Source: a virus. Taken from it: a stretch of DNA of 64,000 nucleotides. How positions within the stretch are numbered: position 1 is the first letter of the stretch; each line of letters opens with the position of its first letter. The stretch is taken from positions 1 to 64,000 of IMG/VR virus record IMGVR_UViG_3300047089_000307; one strand, given 5' to 3'. Below, in pieces: positions 24,050 through 34,343 of this stretch. Both the position numbers and the translations under genes were made by a program. The notes under the pieces were generated by a model. That model had not been told where the DNA came from and did no database searches. It was given only the letters and a program-made list of their open reading frames with translations.

Positions 24050-25300
24050 ATGGCATCAGAAGTTGCCAAGCGCCTCCGCGACCGCCGGCTCAACGTCTGG
24101 AACGAGGCGCGGGCTATCGCGGAGGCAGCGGCTGAGGAAAACCGGAGCTTTACTCCGGACGAGCAAGGCCGCTGGGACGCCATGCAGGAAGAGATGTCCA
24201 CCCTGGACACCCGGATCAAGGCCGTCCTGGACACCGAGAAGCGGGCGAAGGACGCCGATGACGCCTACAACGCCATCGCCGGCAAGCCCGCGGACCGGCA
24301 GGCTCCCGCGGCCGTCGCCGCGGACACCGAGCTGCGCAAGTGGGCGCGCGGCGAGCCGGGTACCGCCCGGGTGCTGGACCTCCAGCACGACGTGGCCAAC
24401 CGCGGTCCCATCAACTACCGCATCCTGACCACCGCAGGCGTCGGCGGCACGAACGCGTCCTCGATCGTGCCGACTGACTTCTACGACATGCTCATCGCGC
24501 ACCTCATCGAGGTGTCCGGCGTGATGCAGTGCGGTCCCACCGTGCTGAACACCGGAGGCGGCGAGACGCTCCAGGTCCCGAAGACCACCGGTCACTCCAC
24601 CGCGACCTCGGCGGCGCAGGCTGGCACGATCGCGTCCTCGGACCCGGCGTTCAGCATGCAGACGCTGTCCGCCTACAAGTACGGCGTCCTGCTCCAGGTC
24701 GCCCGCGAGCTGATTGACGACACCGCCGTCGACCTGCTGGGGTACCTCGCGATGCAGGCAGGCCGCGCGCTGGGCAACGCGTTCGGCACCGACCTGATCA
24801 ACGGCTCCGGCGCGGGCCAGCCTTACGGCATCGTCAACAACTCCGTGGGCGTCACTGGCGCCACGACCGGCGTCGGCGGCGCTCCCAGCTACGCCAACCT
24901 GGTCGACCTGGAGTACTCGGTCATCGCTCCGTACCGCCAGTCGCGCAGCTGCTACTGGCTGGCCGCCGACAAGACAATCGGCGGGTTCAGGAAGATCACC
25001 GACACCGTGGGCCGTCCCATCTGGGAGCCGTCCGCAGTGCTCGGCTCGCCTGACCTGCTGCTGGGCAAGCCCCTGGTGGCGGACCCGTTCATGCCCGCCC
25101 TGGCAACCAACGCCCTGTCGATCGCCTTCGGCGACTTCAGCCAGTACTTCGTCCGCCTGGTCGGCGGGGTGCGGTTCGAGCGCAGCGACGACTTCGCCTT
25201 CTCCACCGACCTGGTGACCTTCCGCGCGATCCTGCGCGGCGACGGCACCATGGTCGACCGGACCGGCGCGATCAAGATGTTCAAGGGCGCGAGCTCGTAG
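24050..25300 (+). CDS. major capsid protein, HK97 fold
   Basis: coiled-coil delta domain, GRPIW and LLGKP motifs. Confidence 0.95.
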   Translation: MASEVAKRLRDRRLNVWNEARAIAEAAAEENRSFTPDEQGRWDAMQEEMSTLDTRIKAVLDTEKRAKDADDAYNAIAGKPADRQAPAAVAADTELRKWARGEPGTARVLDLQHDVANRGPINYRILTTAGVGGTNASSIVPTDFYDMLIAHLIEVSGVMQCGPTVLNTGGGETLQVPKTTGHSTATSAAQAGTIASSDPAFSMQTLSAYKYGVLLQVARELIDDTAVDLLGYLAMQAGRALGNAFGTDLINGSGAGQPYGIVNNSVGVTGATTGVGGAPSYANLVDLEYSVIAPYRQSRSCYWLAADKTIGGFRKITDTVGRPIWEPSAVLGSPDLLLGKPLVADPFMPALATNALSIAFGDFSQYFVRLVGGVRFERSDDFAFSTDLVTFRAILRGDGTMVDRTGAIKMFKGASS

Positions 25301-25410
25301 TATGGCGCAGTCTCCTCAACCGAGGTACCGATGAGTGACACCCGTTGCCCGGTGCCCGCCCTGCGCGGGCACCGGGCACGGCCCCTCCCGGAGAAGAGGA
25401 AGAGCCAGCC

Positions 25411-25827
25411 GTGATGTGGATCGAGACGGTCATGCACATGTCCGGCACGCGGGCGAACGGGGACAAGTACCCGCCGGGGTTCACGCCGTTCGAGGTGGCG
25501 GACTGGGAGGGCGAGCACCTGATCCGCGGCGGCATGGCCCGTGCGGTCGCCACGCCGGAGTGGGCCGTGCCCAAGCCGCCCGCGCCGCTGCCGGAGAAGC
25601 CCGTGACCGTGCCGGGGCCCGTGATGCAGGAGCCTGATCCTGCGCCGCCGGCGTACCAGCCGGATGATCCTGAGCCGGAGCTAGCCGCCCCCGCGGGACT
25701 GCCGCCGGCGCCCGGCGACCCGAAGCAGGCATGGGTGGATTACGCCGTCACCCAGGGCATGCCAGCCGATGATGCCTCGCGCATGACCAAGGCTGACCTA
25801 CAGTCCCGGTTCGGGCCGAGGCTGTAA
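25411..25827 (+). CDS. hypothetical head-associated protein
   Basis: C-terminal KQAWVDYA...MTKADL motif. Confidence 0.65.
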   Translation: MMWIETVMHMSGTRANGDKYPPGFTPFEVADWEGEHLIRGGMARAVATPEWAVPKPPAPLPEKPVTVPGPVMQEPDPAPPAYQPDDPEPELAAPAGLPPAPGDPKQAWVDYAVTQGMPADDASRMTKADLQSRFGPRL

Positions 25828-25867
25828 CCCCAGGCGTATCCTGAGCAGGAGGAAGGGAGCCAGACTC

Positions 25868-26404
25868 ATGGCAAGCCCAGGAAAGACCCCGACGAGCGGC
25901 CGGCCGTACTCCGGTCCCGCCACCAATTCGGACCCGACGACTGAGCCTGGCCAGTATCCTCCCGGCCCCGACTGGAGCAACGCCATCTTCGGCGGCCAGC
26001 TGCCCGCCGGCACTGGCGCCCCGGGCTCGCCGACGAGCGCGGAGGCACTGGACCCGACGAACGAGAAGGGCCAGACGATCGACGGCCTGACCGGCGTCAC
26101 GCACGAGGAGATCGTCAGCACGGGCGCCCCCGGCACCCAGGGCACCGTCCCGGACGTCGCCGGCAATGACGGCACCGCGATGACCTACACCAAGGCCAGT
26201 GACGGCATCGGCCCGTACGAGCAGGTCACCAGCTCCGACGAGCTGTCCGGCCCGCAGGATTCCACCCAGGCCAACGACGACGGCTACGCTACCGGCGGGC
26301 CGCAGCTCCCGGGCCTGAAGGGCAACGAGCCGCAGGCAGGCAGCGGACGGTACCAGCCCGGCGGCGGCAGCGTCATGCGCGGTGGCCGGGCCATCCGGGG
26401 CTAG
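25868..26404 (+). CDS. Gly/Pro/Thr-rich hypothetical protein
   Basis: RBS and codon bias. Confidence 0.75.
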   Translation: MASPGKTPTSGRPYSGPATNSDPTTEPGQYPPGPDWSNAIFGGQLPAGTGAPGSPTSAEALDPTNEKGQTIDGLTGVTHEEIVSTGAPGTQGTVPDVAGNDGTAMTYTKASDGIGPYEQVTSSDELSGPQDSTQANDDGYATGGPQLPGLKGNEPQAGSGRYQPGGGSVMRGGRAIRG

Positions 26405-26464
26405 CGTGCACGAGAAGCCGAGCCAGGCGTATCGCTACGAGCATTATGATCCCCGGAGGCGGTA

Positions 26465-26791
26465 ATGCAGGACCTGAGCGGGCTGCTGCCTGACCCGATC
26501 AGCGCTTTGGTGCCAACCTCCCAGGAGGGCGGCAACATGCAGGCGTCGAACGAGCAGGCGATGACCGCTCCCGGCTCGGAGCCCGTGGACGTCATGCACC
26601 AGGCCGGTGACTATTTCGGCAACGACCCCACGGTCACGCCGTCCAACGCGGCTGTGATCGAGCCTGCGACGGACGGCAAGCCGCAGGCCAGCGGGCAGGC
26701 TCACGAGTACAGCCCGCCGTCGCCTGCCTGGAAGGCCACCGGCACGCCGAATGTCGTGCGCCAGCCGGTGACGGCCAGGAAGGGCCGGTAA
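26465..26791 (+). CDS. hypothetical protein
   Basis: GGAGG RBS. Confidence 0.7.
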   Translation: MQDLSGLLPDPISALVPTSQEGGNMQASNEQAMTAPGSEPVDVMHQAGDYFGNDPTVTPSNAAVIEPATDGKPQASGQAHEYSPPSPAWKATGTPNVVRQPVTARKGR

Positions 26792-27009
26792 TGCAGAACC
26801 CCGCAGTTAACGGCCCGGTTCCCGAGTCGCCGCATGTCATCACGGCCTCCCCGGTGCAAGGCAACGTCCCGCAGCACGACTGGGACGCGACGAGCGACGC
26901 GACGATGAACGGCTGGAAGTCACTGGAGGCCAACGCCGGGACCGCGGACTTCAGCGGGACCGTGACGGAGGGCTTCCCGGACGGTCCCGGCCGCTGGAAG
27001 CAGACCTAG
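26791..27009 (+). CDS. hypothetical protein
   Basis: TAATG coupling. Confidence 0.7.
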   Translation: MQNPAVNGPVPESPHVITASPVQGNVPQHDWDATSDATMNGWKSLEANAGTADFSGTVTEGFPDGPGRWKQT

Positions 27010-27019
27010 GAGGACGAGA

Positions 27020-27271
27020 ATGCCACAGGCACCCGACCCGATCACCAGCCCCCCGCCCCAGCCCTGGCAGCCCTACGACGCCACCGCTCCCGGCGCCGCC
27101 GAGGACCAGGTCACGGCGACTACCATCTACGATGCCGTGGCGGGAGACTCCGCGGGCGGCCCCTGGCGCAAGATCCAGGAAGCAGGCGCGGCCGGGGCCC
27201 AGGGGGAGGCAGTCGCTGACGCCTGGCCGGGTAACGGCGCGTCTGACGGCAGCGCCTGGAAGCAGGTATAG
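27020..27271 (+). CDS. hypothetical protein
   Basis: AGGAGG RBS. Confidence 0.7.
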   Translation: MPQAPDPITSPPPQPWQPYDATAPGAAEDQVTATTIYDAVAGDSAGGPWRKIQEAGAAGAQGEAVADAWPGNGASDGSAWKQV

Positions 27272-27274
27272 GTC

Positions 27275-27424
27275 ATGAGCGACATCGCACGCGTGTACCC
27301 GAACGGCCAGGAGCCGGCCAAGGGCGGCCAGACCGGCGGCCTGCCGTACCCGAACGGCTCGGAGAAGGCTCACGGCGGCAACGGCGGCCTTAGCCACGAC
27401 TACAAGGATGACCGCACTAAGTAG
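27275..27424 (+). CDS. small hypothetical protein (49 aa)
   Basis: YPNG repeat x2, codon bias. Confidence 0.5.
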   Translation: MSDIARVYPNGQEPAKGGQTGGLPYPNGSEKAHGGNGGLSHDYKDDRTK

Positions 27425-27485
27425 GGTCTCCCTTTTCCAGCGCAGACGGGCTGGTCATGCCCAGCAGGGCCAGCTCGCAGCGTGA

Positions 27486-27662
27486 CTACTTCAGGCGCGC
27501 GGCGAAATCGCGCCACGCCCGTGTGCTGAATGTCAGGACGGTGCCGTCGCCGTGCTGGGTGGTGTCGCGAACGCCGACCTTATCTGCGTCCGTTCCGACG
27601 CTGACGCAGTGCGGGCACTGCCCGTCACAGCGGCTAGCGATACGCCAGTTAGCCGTCATCAT
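27486..27662 (-). CDS. DUF397-family protein
   Basis: WR.AS.C...CV.V...VGVRD....VL.F...AW..F pattern. Confidence 0.8.
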   Translation of the reverse strand: MMTANWRIASRCDGQCPHCVSVGTDADKVGVRDTTQHGDGTVLTFSTRAWRDFAARLK

Positions 27663-27802
27663 TTCCTTCTCCCGTTGTCCCTGAGTTCCCACGGTGGCAC
27701 TTCAGGCTAATACTAAGCTCATGCCGCGAGCGAGTGCCGGCCTTCGCGGATCACCGGCTACGTCTGTTCTAGTATAATAAGGAAGTCTGCTAGAGTCGTC
27801 GC

Positions 27803-28780
27803 ATGAGAATCCTCGTGACCGGTGGGGCCGGGTTCCTCGGGAGCAGCCTCGTCCGCCGCCTGGCCGGGGAAGGTCATGAGGTACGGGTCCTTGACGACCT
27901 GAGCCGCGGTGACCGGGAGCGGCTCCGCGGCGTGCCGTGCACGCTCATTGAAGGCGACGTGCGAAACTCGGCAGACGTCCTGACCGCGATGCACGGCTGC
28001 GACATGGTGGCGCACCTGGCTTACCTCCAGGGCACCCAGACGTTCTACGCCGAGCCGCGCGCTGTCCTCGACGTTGCGCTGCGCGGCATCCTCAACGTGC
28101 TGCGCGGCTGCGAGGTCACCGGCTGCGGGGACCTGCTCCTGGTGTCCTCCTCCGAGGCGTACCAGGTGGCCCCGCAGGTGCCCACCCCGGAGGACATCCC
28201 CCTCGTCGTCCCGGACGTGCTCAATGCCCGGTACAGCTACGGCGGCGGCAAGATCGCCTGCGAGCTGGCCGTGCTGGCCTGGGAGCGGGCAGGGGTACTG
28301 GACCGGGTGGTGATCGCCAGGCCGCACAACGTCTACGGTCCTGACATGGGCCGGGAGCACGTTATCCCGGAGTTCTGCAACCGGATGGACGAGCTGATCC
28401 CGCAGTACCCGAAGGGGGGCGTCATCCCGTTCCCCATCCAGGGCACCGGCCAGGAGACCCGGTCGTTCTGCTACATCGATGACTGCACGGCCCAGCTGAG
28501 CCTGCTCGCCGGCCAGGGCACCCCCGGCGGCGTCTACCACGTGGGCACCATGGACGAGCGCACGGTCGCGGACGTTGCCGTTGCCGTGGGCCGGCGCTAT
28601 GGCCGTGAGGTCAAGGTCATGCCGGGCAAGCTGGCCAAGGGGTCGCCGCCGCGCAGGCTGCCGGACACGGCGAAGATCCGGGCGCTGGGAACCTGGCCGG
28701 AGACCTCGTTCGAGGACGGCCTGGCCGAGACGGCAGCCTGGTACCAGGCGCACAGCCTCCTGCCGCGGCAGGCTTGGTGA
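27803..28780 (+). CDS. NAD-dependent epimerase/dehydratase
   Basis: ILVTGGAGFLGS, YGGGK and NVYGP motifs. Confidence 0.95.
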   Translation: MRILVTGGAGFLGSSLVRRLAGEGHEVRVLDDLSRGDRERLRGVPCTLIEGDVRNSADVLTAMHGCDMVAHLAYLQGTQTFYAEPRAVLDVALRGILNVLRGCEVTGCGDLLLVSSSEAYQVAPQVPTPEDIPLVVPDVLNARYSYGGGKIACELAVLAWERAGVLDRVVIARPHNVYGPDMGREHVIPEFCNRMDELIPQYPKGGVIPFPIQGTGQETRSFCYIDDCTAQLSLLAGQGTPGGVYHVGTMDERTVADVAVAVGRRYGREVKVMPGKLAKGSPPRRLPDTAKIRALGTWPETSFEDGLAETAAWYQAHSLLPRQAW

Positions 28781-29907
28781 CCGGTGACGTCACCGCCTGC
28801 GGCGGCTGCGGGGCGCACGGGCTGCTGAGGCCCTTCTTCGACATGGGGCGCCAGCCGCTTGCCGAGAGCTCCAGGGCAAGTGCCCGGTACCCGCTCGCCC
28901 TCGTGCAGTGCGCGAGCTGCCTGCTCGTCCAGCTCAGCTACATCGCGGACCAGCGGGAGGTCTTCCCGGAGGATCACCCGTACACGACGGGCAACTCCCG
29001 GGTGCTGCGCGAGCACTATGCGAACCTGACCCGGGACCTTGCCGGAAACCTCGCCCTGGGCGACCTGGTCGTTGATATCGGGGCCAATGACGGGACGCTG
29101 CTGGGCAGTTACCCGGGACCACCGCGCCGGGTAGCGATAGAGCCGACGAACCAGGTCAGGAAGTGCGGTCCTGGCATCACGCAGTACCAGGAGTTCTTCA
29201 CCGCTGGCCTGGCGGCGAAGATCCGCGGGGAGCACGGGCCGGCCAGGGTCGTCACGGCGTGCAACGTCCTCGCGCACGTGCCGGATGTCCATGACTTCCT
29301 GGACGGCGTGGTGACCTTGCTGGCTGACGACGGGGAGTTCGTCACCGAGAACCACGACCTGGCGAGCATCACCGAGGGCCTTCAGATCGACACGATCTAC
29401 CATGAGCACCTGCGGTACTACTCGGTGGCCACCCTCGCCGGCCTGCTGGAGCGGCACGGCCTGCGGGTCACCAGCTCGCAGGAGACCCCGATGCACGGCG
29501 GGTCGTTCCGCGTGCGGGCCCGCAAGCAGCGGGGCGGCCTCCAGCACCGGGCCGAGGGCGCCGCTGCGGCGCTGCGCGGGATGCTATGGAAGATCACCGT
29601 CCAGGAGAAGGAGAAGGTGTACGGCATCGGCGCGACCACCCGCGCCACGCCGCTCCTCCACTACGCGGGCGTTCAGAAGTACGTCACGTGCGTCTGCGAG
29701 GTACCCGGCAGCGAGAAGATCGGCCAGCTGATGCCAGGCACGCAGATTCCCGTGGTGGACGAGAAGCGGCTCATCGAGGACCAGCCCGCGTACGCGCTGA
29801 TGCTGTCCTGGCACATCGCCGGCGACATCATGCCGAAGCTGCGCGCGGCCGGCTACCAGGGCAAGTTCATCGTCCCGCTTCCCAGCCCAGGGATCGCCGG
29901 TGCCTAG
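28777..29907 (+). CDS. NDP-sugar C-methyltransferase
   Basis: Zn finger plus DIGANDG, NVLAHV, DTIYHEHL and HGGS motifs. Confidence 0.9.
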   Translation: MTGDVTACGGCGAHGLLRPFFDMGRQPLAESSRASARYPLALVQCASCLLVQLSYIADQREVFPEDHPYTTGNSRVLREHYANLTRDLAGNLALGDLVVDIGANDGTLLGSYPGPPRRVAIEPTNQVRKCGPGITQYQEFFTAGLAAKIRGEHGPARVVTACNVLAHVPDVHDFLDGVVTLLADDGEFVTENHDLASITEGLQIDTIYHEHLRYYSVATLAGLLERHGLRVTSSQETPMHGGSFRVRARKQRGGLQHRAEGAAAALRGMLWKITVQEKEKVYGIGATTRATPLLHYAGVQKYVTCVCEVPGSEKIGQLMPGTQIPVVDEKRLIEDQPAYALMLSWHIAGDIMPKLRAAGYQGKFIVPLPSPGIAGA

Positions 29908-30262
29908 CAGCTTCCGGGACGACCGGGGCTACATCGAGGACCTTGTCGTCTCCCCGATTGACTCCGTGACGCGCATCATCACCAGGGCGGGCGCTGTCCG
30001 CGGGAACCACGTGCACCGGGAGACCGTGCAGTGGACGTACGTGGTCTCCGGGAGGCTCCTCATTGCTATCCGGCTCCAGGACGGGAGCATCCGCGAGCGT
30101 GAGCTTGGCCCGGGGGAGATGGCCCGGGAAGAGGCCGGGGCTCCTCACGCGTGGAAGGCCATCGCCGACTGTACCTGCCTTGTCTTCACCCGTGGCCCGC
30201 GATCAGGGGCCGGGTATGAGAGTGACACGACCAGGCTAGCCGAGGAGGACTGGCTGCTATGA
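29900..30262 (+). CDS. cupin, probable NDP-sugar isomerase/epimerase
   Basis: DDRG and RGNHVH motifs. Confidence 0.8.
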   Translation: MPSSFRDDRGYIEDLVVSPIDSVTRIITRAGAVRGNHVHRETVQWTYVVSGRLLIAIRLQDGSIRERELGPGEMAREEAGAPHAWKAIADCTCLVFTRGPRSGAGYESDTTRLAEEDWLL

Positions 30263-30921
30263 GGGACCTGCTCGTCGTGGTGCCCAGCCGGGGCCGCCCG
30301 CAGAATATCCAGCGGCTGCGAGAGGCCATGGACGTTACCTGCCAGGGGTACACGACGCTCCTCGTTGGCCTGGACGAGGACGACGAGGAAAGCTACCCCC
30401 GGCTGGGGAACGTGCAGTATGCAGTCCGGGCCGGCCTGCGCGGCTTTACCGCCTGGGCGAATGAGCTGGCCGTGCCCGCCGTGGGGGAGTACCGGTACAT
30501 CGGGGCGCTCGGTGATGACTGCGTGCCGGAGACGCCCGGCTGGGACGTGCGGATCATGGAGGCCCTGAACCGCCAGCCCTTCGCGTACGCCAACGACCTG
30601 TACCCGCTGCGCCCGCACGGCTCTCAGGTAACGCACGTCTTCACCAGGAGTGAAGTCGTCCGGGCGCTCGGCTATATCGGCGTCCCGGCTCTTACTCACA
30701 TGTACGTGGACGACGCCTGGGGGGCCTGGGGCGCGGCCTGCGGGATCGAGTACCTCCCCGGCGTGATCATTGAGCACTTGCACCACTCCTCCGGGAAAGC
30801 GCCGGCTGACGAGACGTACCGGCGGGCGGAGGAGACCTCGGCGCAGTGCCAGGCAGCCTTCGCCGAGTACTGCCGCGGAGAGCTGGACGAGGATGTCCGC
30901 AAGATCAAGGCGGTGCTGTGA
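30259..30921 (+). CDS. glycosyltransferase, GT-A/GT2-like
   Basis: VPSRGRP, GDD and HLH motifs. Confidence 0.8.
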   Translation: MRDLLVVVPSRGRPQNIQRLREAMDVTCQGYTTLLVGLDEDDEESYPRLGNVQYAVRAGLRGFTAWANELAVPAVGEYRYIGALGDDCVPETPGWDVRIMEALNRQPFAYANDLYPLRPHGSQVTHVFTRSEVVRALGYIGVPALTHMYVDDAWGAWGAACGIEYLPGVIIEHLHHSSGKAPADETYRRAEETSAQCQAAFAEYCRGELDEDVRKIKAVL

Positions 30922-30928
30922 CGTGAGG

Positions 30929-31390
30929 ATGCACGGCAAGTGCGGGTGGCTGTACCTGGAGAATGCCGATCCAGTGCTCCTGCGGGAGTGGATGTATGAC
31001 GCCAGCAGCTCCACCCTGGAGACCGTCCCTCCGGTGAACGTCGCCAGTGCCGTGCCTTTCCGGCTTTACCCGGCCGCGGCCATTTCCGAGATTCCCCCGC
31101 CTGCGGGCGACCAGCATTTCTGGGGCGTTATCAGGCCGGGGGGCCGGGTGCCGGGCATCCAACGCCATCCAGGAGGGTCAGAGCCCCGGGAGCTAGTTGG
31201 CAGGCTCGTCCGCCAGGTCTGGGTGCAGTGGGCGCGAGAGCAGCCGGACCCGAAGCCGTCCTGGCTACTGCCCTGGGAGGACTTGGACGACGGCCAGCGT
31301 GAGGCGGACATGCGCATCGGAGCGGCCTTGTTCGATGCGGGCTACCGGGCAGGGACGAACGGGGATGACGCGCTGGGAACGGCGCCATGA
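30929..31390 (+). CDS. hypothetical protein
   Basis: C-terminal PSWLLPWEDL...READMRIG motif. Confidence 0.55.
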   Translation: MHGKCGWLYLENADPVLLREWMYDASSSTLETVPPVNVASAVPFRLYPAAAISEIPPPAGDQHFWGVIRPGGRVPGIQRHPGGSEPRELVGRLVRQVWVQWAREQPDPKPSWLLPWEDLDDGQREADMRIGAALFDAGYRAGTNGDDALGTAP

Positions 31391-32025
31391 CGGGCGTGAC
31401 CTGGGACGTCCTGATCTGCTCGATCCCGCACCGGCACGTGACGCTGCTGGAGCTGCTCGCTGACCTTAACCGGCAATGGCAGCCGGGATTCGGCGCGCTG
31501 ATCTACCGGGACAACCTGGAGGACAGCTACGGGGCTAAGACGCAGACCCTGCTGAACAGGTCCCGGACACAGTACGTCTCCTGCATCGATGACGACGACC
31601 TGCTGGCCCCCGATGGCGTGGCGCGGATCATGGCGGCACTCCAGGCGCAGCCGGATTACGTGGGCTTCATGGTGCGCTGGACGACGGACGGCGTTCCGGA
31701 AGTCCCGGTTGAGCACTCGCTCGCGCACTCGAACTGGACTAACCGGCCGGACATCCTGCTCCGGGACATCACCCAGTTCAACCCGATCCGCCGGGAGCTG
31801 GCGCTGCTGGGCACCTGGGAGGGCGGGAATGAGGCTGAGCGCCGCTGGAGCAGCGGGGTGCGGGCCAGCGGCAAGTGCGTGAGCCAGGCATGGCTACCGG
31901 ACCCCCCGGTGTACTACTACCGGTCATCAAGCAAGGACACCTTCAAGATGGAGCGCTTCCCGATGCCGCAGGACCAGATTCCGCTGCTGCCGTCGTATCC
32001 CTGGCTGACGGTGGTCGGATCATGA
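31387..32025 (+). CDS. glycosyltransferase, GT2-like
   Basis: YVSCIDDDD motif. Confidence 0.8.
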   Translation: MTGVTWDVLICSIPHRHVTLLELLADLNRQWQPGFGALIYRDNLEDSYGAKTQTLLNRSRTQYVSCIDDDDLLAPDGVARIMAALQAQPDYVGFMVRWTTDGVPEVPVEHSLAHSNWTNRPDILLRDITQFNPIRRELALLGTWEGGNEAERRWSSGVRASGKCVSQAWLPDPPVYYYRSSSKDTFKMERFPMPQDQIPLLPSYPWLTVVGS

Positions 32026-32747
32026 GGGACCTGCTGGTCGCCGTGCCCAGCCGGGGACGCCCTGCGAGCATCGCCCGGCTTGCGCAGGCGATGAAGGACA
32101 CCTGCACGGCGGACACCGTGCTGGCGGTCGGCCTGGACGACGACGACGAGGGCCAGTACCCGCGGCTGCCCGGCGTGGAGTACGAGGTGCGCTCCGGGCT
32201 GCGCCGGGTCACCGCGTGGACCAATGAGCTGGCCGTCCCCCGGGCCGGGCAGTACCGGGCGGTCGGCTCCCTCGGCGATGACAACGTGCCGCGCACGCCC
32301 GGCTGGGACACGGCCATCCTCAAGGCCCTGGAGAGCACGCCGTTCGCATTCGGCAACGACCTGTACCCGCGGGACCCCGGGTCGATGAGCTGCCACATCT
32401 TCATGCGCAGTGAGGTGGTGCAGGCCCTCGGCTACGCGGGGGCGCCGACGATCTCGCACATGTACGTGGACGTGGGCTGGTTCGCCTGGGGCACTGCCTG
32501 CGGGATCACGTACCTGGACGACGTGGTCATCGAGCACATGCACTACTCCGTGGGCAAGTCCGGCCCGGATGAGGTCTACGCCGCCTCCTACGCGCTGACG
32601 AGCACGGACCTCCAGAACTGGCATGCCTACAGCCGCGGCGGCCAGCTGAACGCCGACATCGCGAAGCTGGGCGGGACGCCGTTCACCCCCGAGTCGCTGT
32701 CCGAGTTCAACCGGAGCATCAACGTGCCGGACCAGTGGCCGGGATGA
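32022..32747 (+). CDS. glycosyltransferase, paralog of 30259..30921
   Basis: MRDLLVAVPSRGRP, near-identical architecture. Confidence 0.8.
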   Translation: MRDLLVAVPSRGRPASIARLAQAMKDTCTADTVLAVGLDDDDEGQYPRLPGVEYEVRSGLRRVTAWTNELAVPRAGQYRAVGSLGDDNVPRTPGWDTAILKALESTPFAFGNDLYPRDPGSMSCHIFMRSEVVQALGYAGAPTISHMYVDVGWFAWGTACGITYLDDVVIEHMHYSVGKSGPDEVYAASYALTSTDLQNWHAYSRGGQLNADIAKLGGTPFTPESLSEFNRSINVPDQWPG

Positions 32748-33373
32748 CCCAGCCCCTGGTATCGGTGGTTACCCCCACGTGGCAGCGGCACGCGATGCTC
32801 ATGGACCGCTGCGTCCCGGCCGTGCAGGCGCAGGACTATGACAGCGTTGAGCACGTCATCGTCAGCGACGGCCCGGACAGCACGCTGGCCATCGTGCTCG
32901 GCATGCTGTGCGGCAAGAACGCCTGGGGCAACGTCGTCTACCGGGAACTGCCGGAGCATCCCGCCGGCGAGCACTGGGGCCATCATGCCCGGCTGGCCGG
33001 CCTGGAGGTGGCCCGCGGGCAGTACGTCACCTACTGCGATGACGATGACGCCCTCCGGCCCCGGCACTGCGCGCTGATGGCCGCGGCCCTGGACGCGGCC
33101 CCGGAGGCGGGCTTTGCCGTGAGCCGCATGACGTGCCACGGCGGCCCGCACGAGTCGGTGACCGGCTGGGGACCGCTGGCCTGCGGCAACGTGGGAACCC
33201 CGATGATCATGCACCGCCGGGAGATCCTGGCGCACGGGACCTGGGGGCCGGCGTCCTTCACCGAGGACTGGGACCTCGTGGAGCGCTGGCTGGACGCGGG
33301 AGTCAGCTACGTGAGCGTGGACGCGGAGACCAGCGATGCCTGGCCCTCCCTGTACAGGCAGGGGCAGCAATGA
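32744..33373 (+). CDS. glycosyltransferase, GT2
   Basis: VSVVTPT, VSDG, YCDDDD and EDW motifs. Confidence 0.88.
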   Translation: MTQPLVSVVTPTWQRHAMLMDRCVPAVQAQDYDSVEHVIVSDGPDSTLAIVLGMLCGKNAWGNVVYRELPEHPAGEHWGHHARLAGLEVARGQYVTYCDDDDALRPRHCALMAAALDAAPEAGFAVSRMTCHGGPHESVTGWGPLACGNVGTPMIMHRREILAHGTWGPASFTEDWDLVERWLDAGVSYVSVDAETSDAWPSLYRQGQQ

Positions 33374-33699
33374 CGGACGGCCATGACCGGGAACGTCATG
33401 CTCCTGCGCCGCAGCAGCGGGTGAGGGACCTGGAGCGCCAGTACGACGTTGCCCGGGAGCACGAGGAGAGGTACCGCAACGCCCTGCTGTGGGTGCGCAC
33501 GGTTGCCGGCATGCACTACCTCGGCGGGGCCTTCGAGCCCGAGCACATGCGCGACCTGGCCAACCTCGCCGCTAACGCGCTGGACGGCACGGACCTGCCA
33601 GACTGCGAGGAAAGCTCGGCCAAGGCCCGGAAGAAGGCCAGCAAGTGGGCGGAGCGGTTCGGGCGGGAGCTGGCTGAACAGGAGCTGGCGGAAGACTGA
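33370..33699 (+). CDS. hypothetical protein
   Basis: ATGA coupling. Confidence 0.6.
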   Translation: MTDGHDRERHAPAPQQRVRDLERQYDVAREHEERYRNALLWVRTVAGMHYLGGAFEPEHMRDLANLAANALDGTDLPDCEESSAKARKKASKWAERFGRELAEQELAED

Positions 33700-33700
33700 C

Positions 33701-34342
33701 ATGGGCATCATGAGCAAGAACGGCCTGGACGTGCGCAGTTACTACCATTGCTTCGCGGCCGGGGCCTGGGCCGACCCGGTACGGGATCACTTCGCCGCGA
33801 TGGGCCGCAGCGGCCTGGACGAGACGGCGATCACGGTTGGCCTCGTTGGACCGCCGCGGGACCGGGACAATGCCCGGCAGCGGATCGGCCTGCTGTGCCG
33901 CAACTGGTGCATTCCCGAGCCGGCGCAGTGGCGCGAGGCAGAGGAAGGATGGGAGCAGGTAACGCTCCAGGCCATCTACGACGACGTCCAGAAGATCCCC
34001 GGTGAGTACGCGGTCCTTTACGCGCACGCCAAGGGCGCCTACGGCGACACGGACACGAACCACGCCTGGCGCCGGTCGATGACCCGTCACGTCGTGCGCG
34101 GCTGGGAGGACTGCGTGACGCTCCTCGGCAGCCATGACATGGTCGGATGCCACTACGTCTCCAACGACCATTACCCGCAGGACCCGCCGTTCTTCGGAGG
34201 GAACTTCTGGTGGGCCCGGGCATCGTACCTGCGCCGGCTGCCCCCGCCGGAGAACGAGAACCGCTGGACCGCGGAGATCTGGGCGACGCAGGCGAACCCC
34301 CTGGTCCATGACTTGCGGCCAGGATGGCCTGACTACCAGTGA
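33701..34342 (+). CDS. glycosyltransferase-like protein
   Basis: LYAHAKG...WR..M...GNFWWA motif. Confidence 0.65.
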   Translation: MGIMSKNGLDVRSYYHCFAAGAWADPVRDHFAAMGRSGLDETAITVGLVGPPRDRDNARQRIGLLCRNWCIPEPAQWREAEEGWEQVTLQAIYDDVQKIPGEYAVLYAHAKGAYGDTDTNHAWRRSMTRHVVRGWEDCVTLLGSHDMVGCHYVSNDHYPQDPPFFGGNFWWARASYLRRLPPPENENRWTAEIWATQANPLVHDLRPGWPDYQ

Positions 34343-34343
34343 G

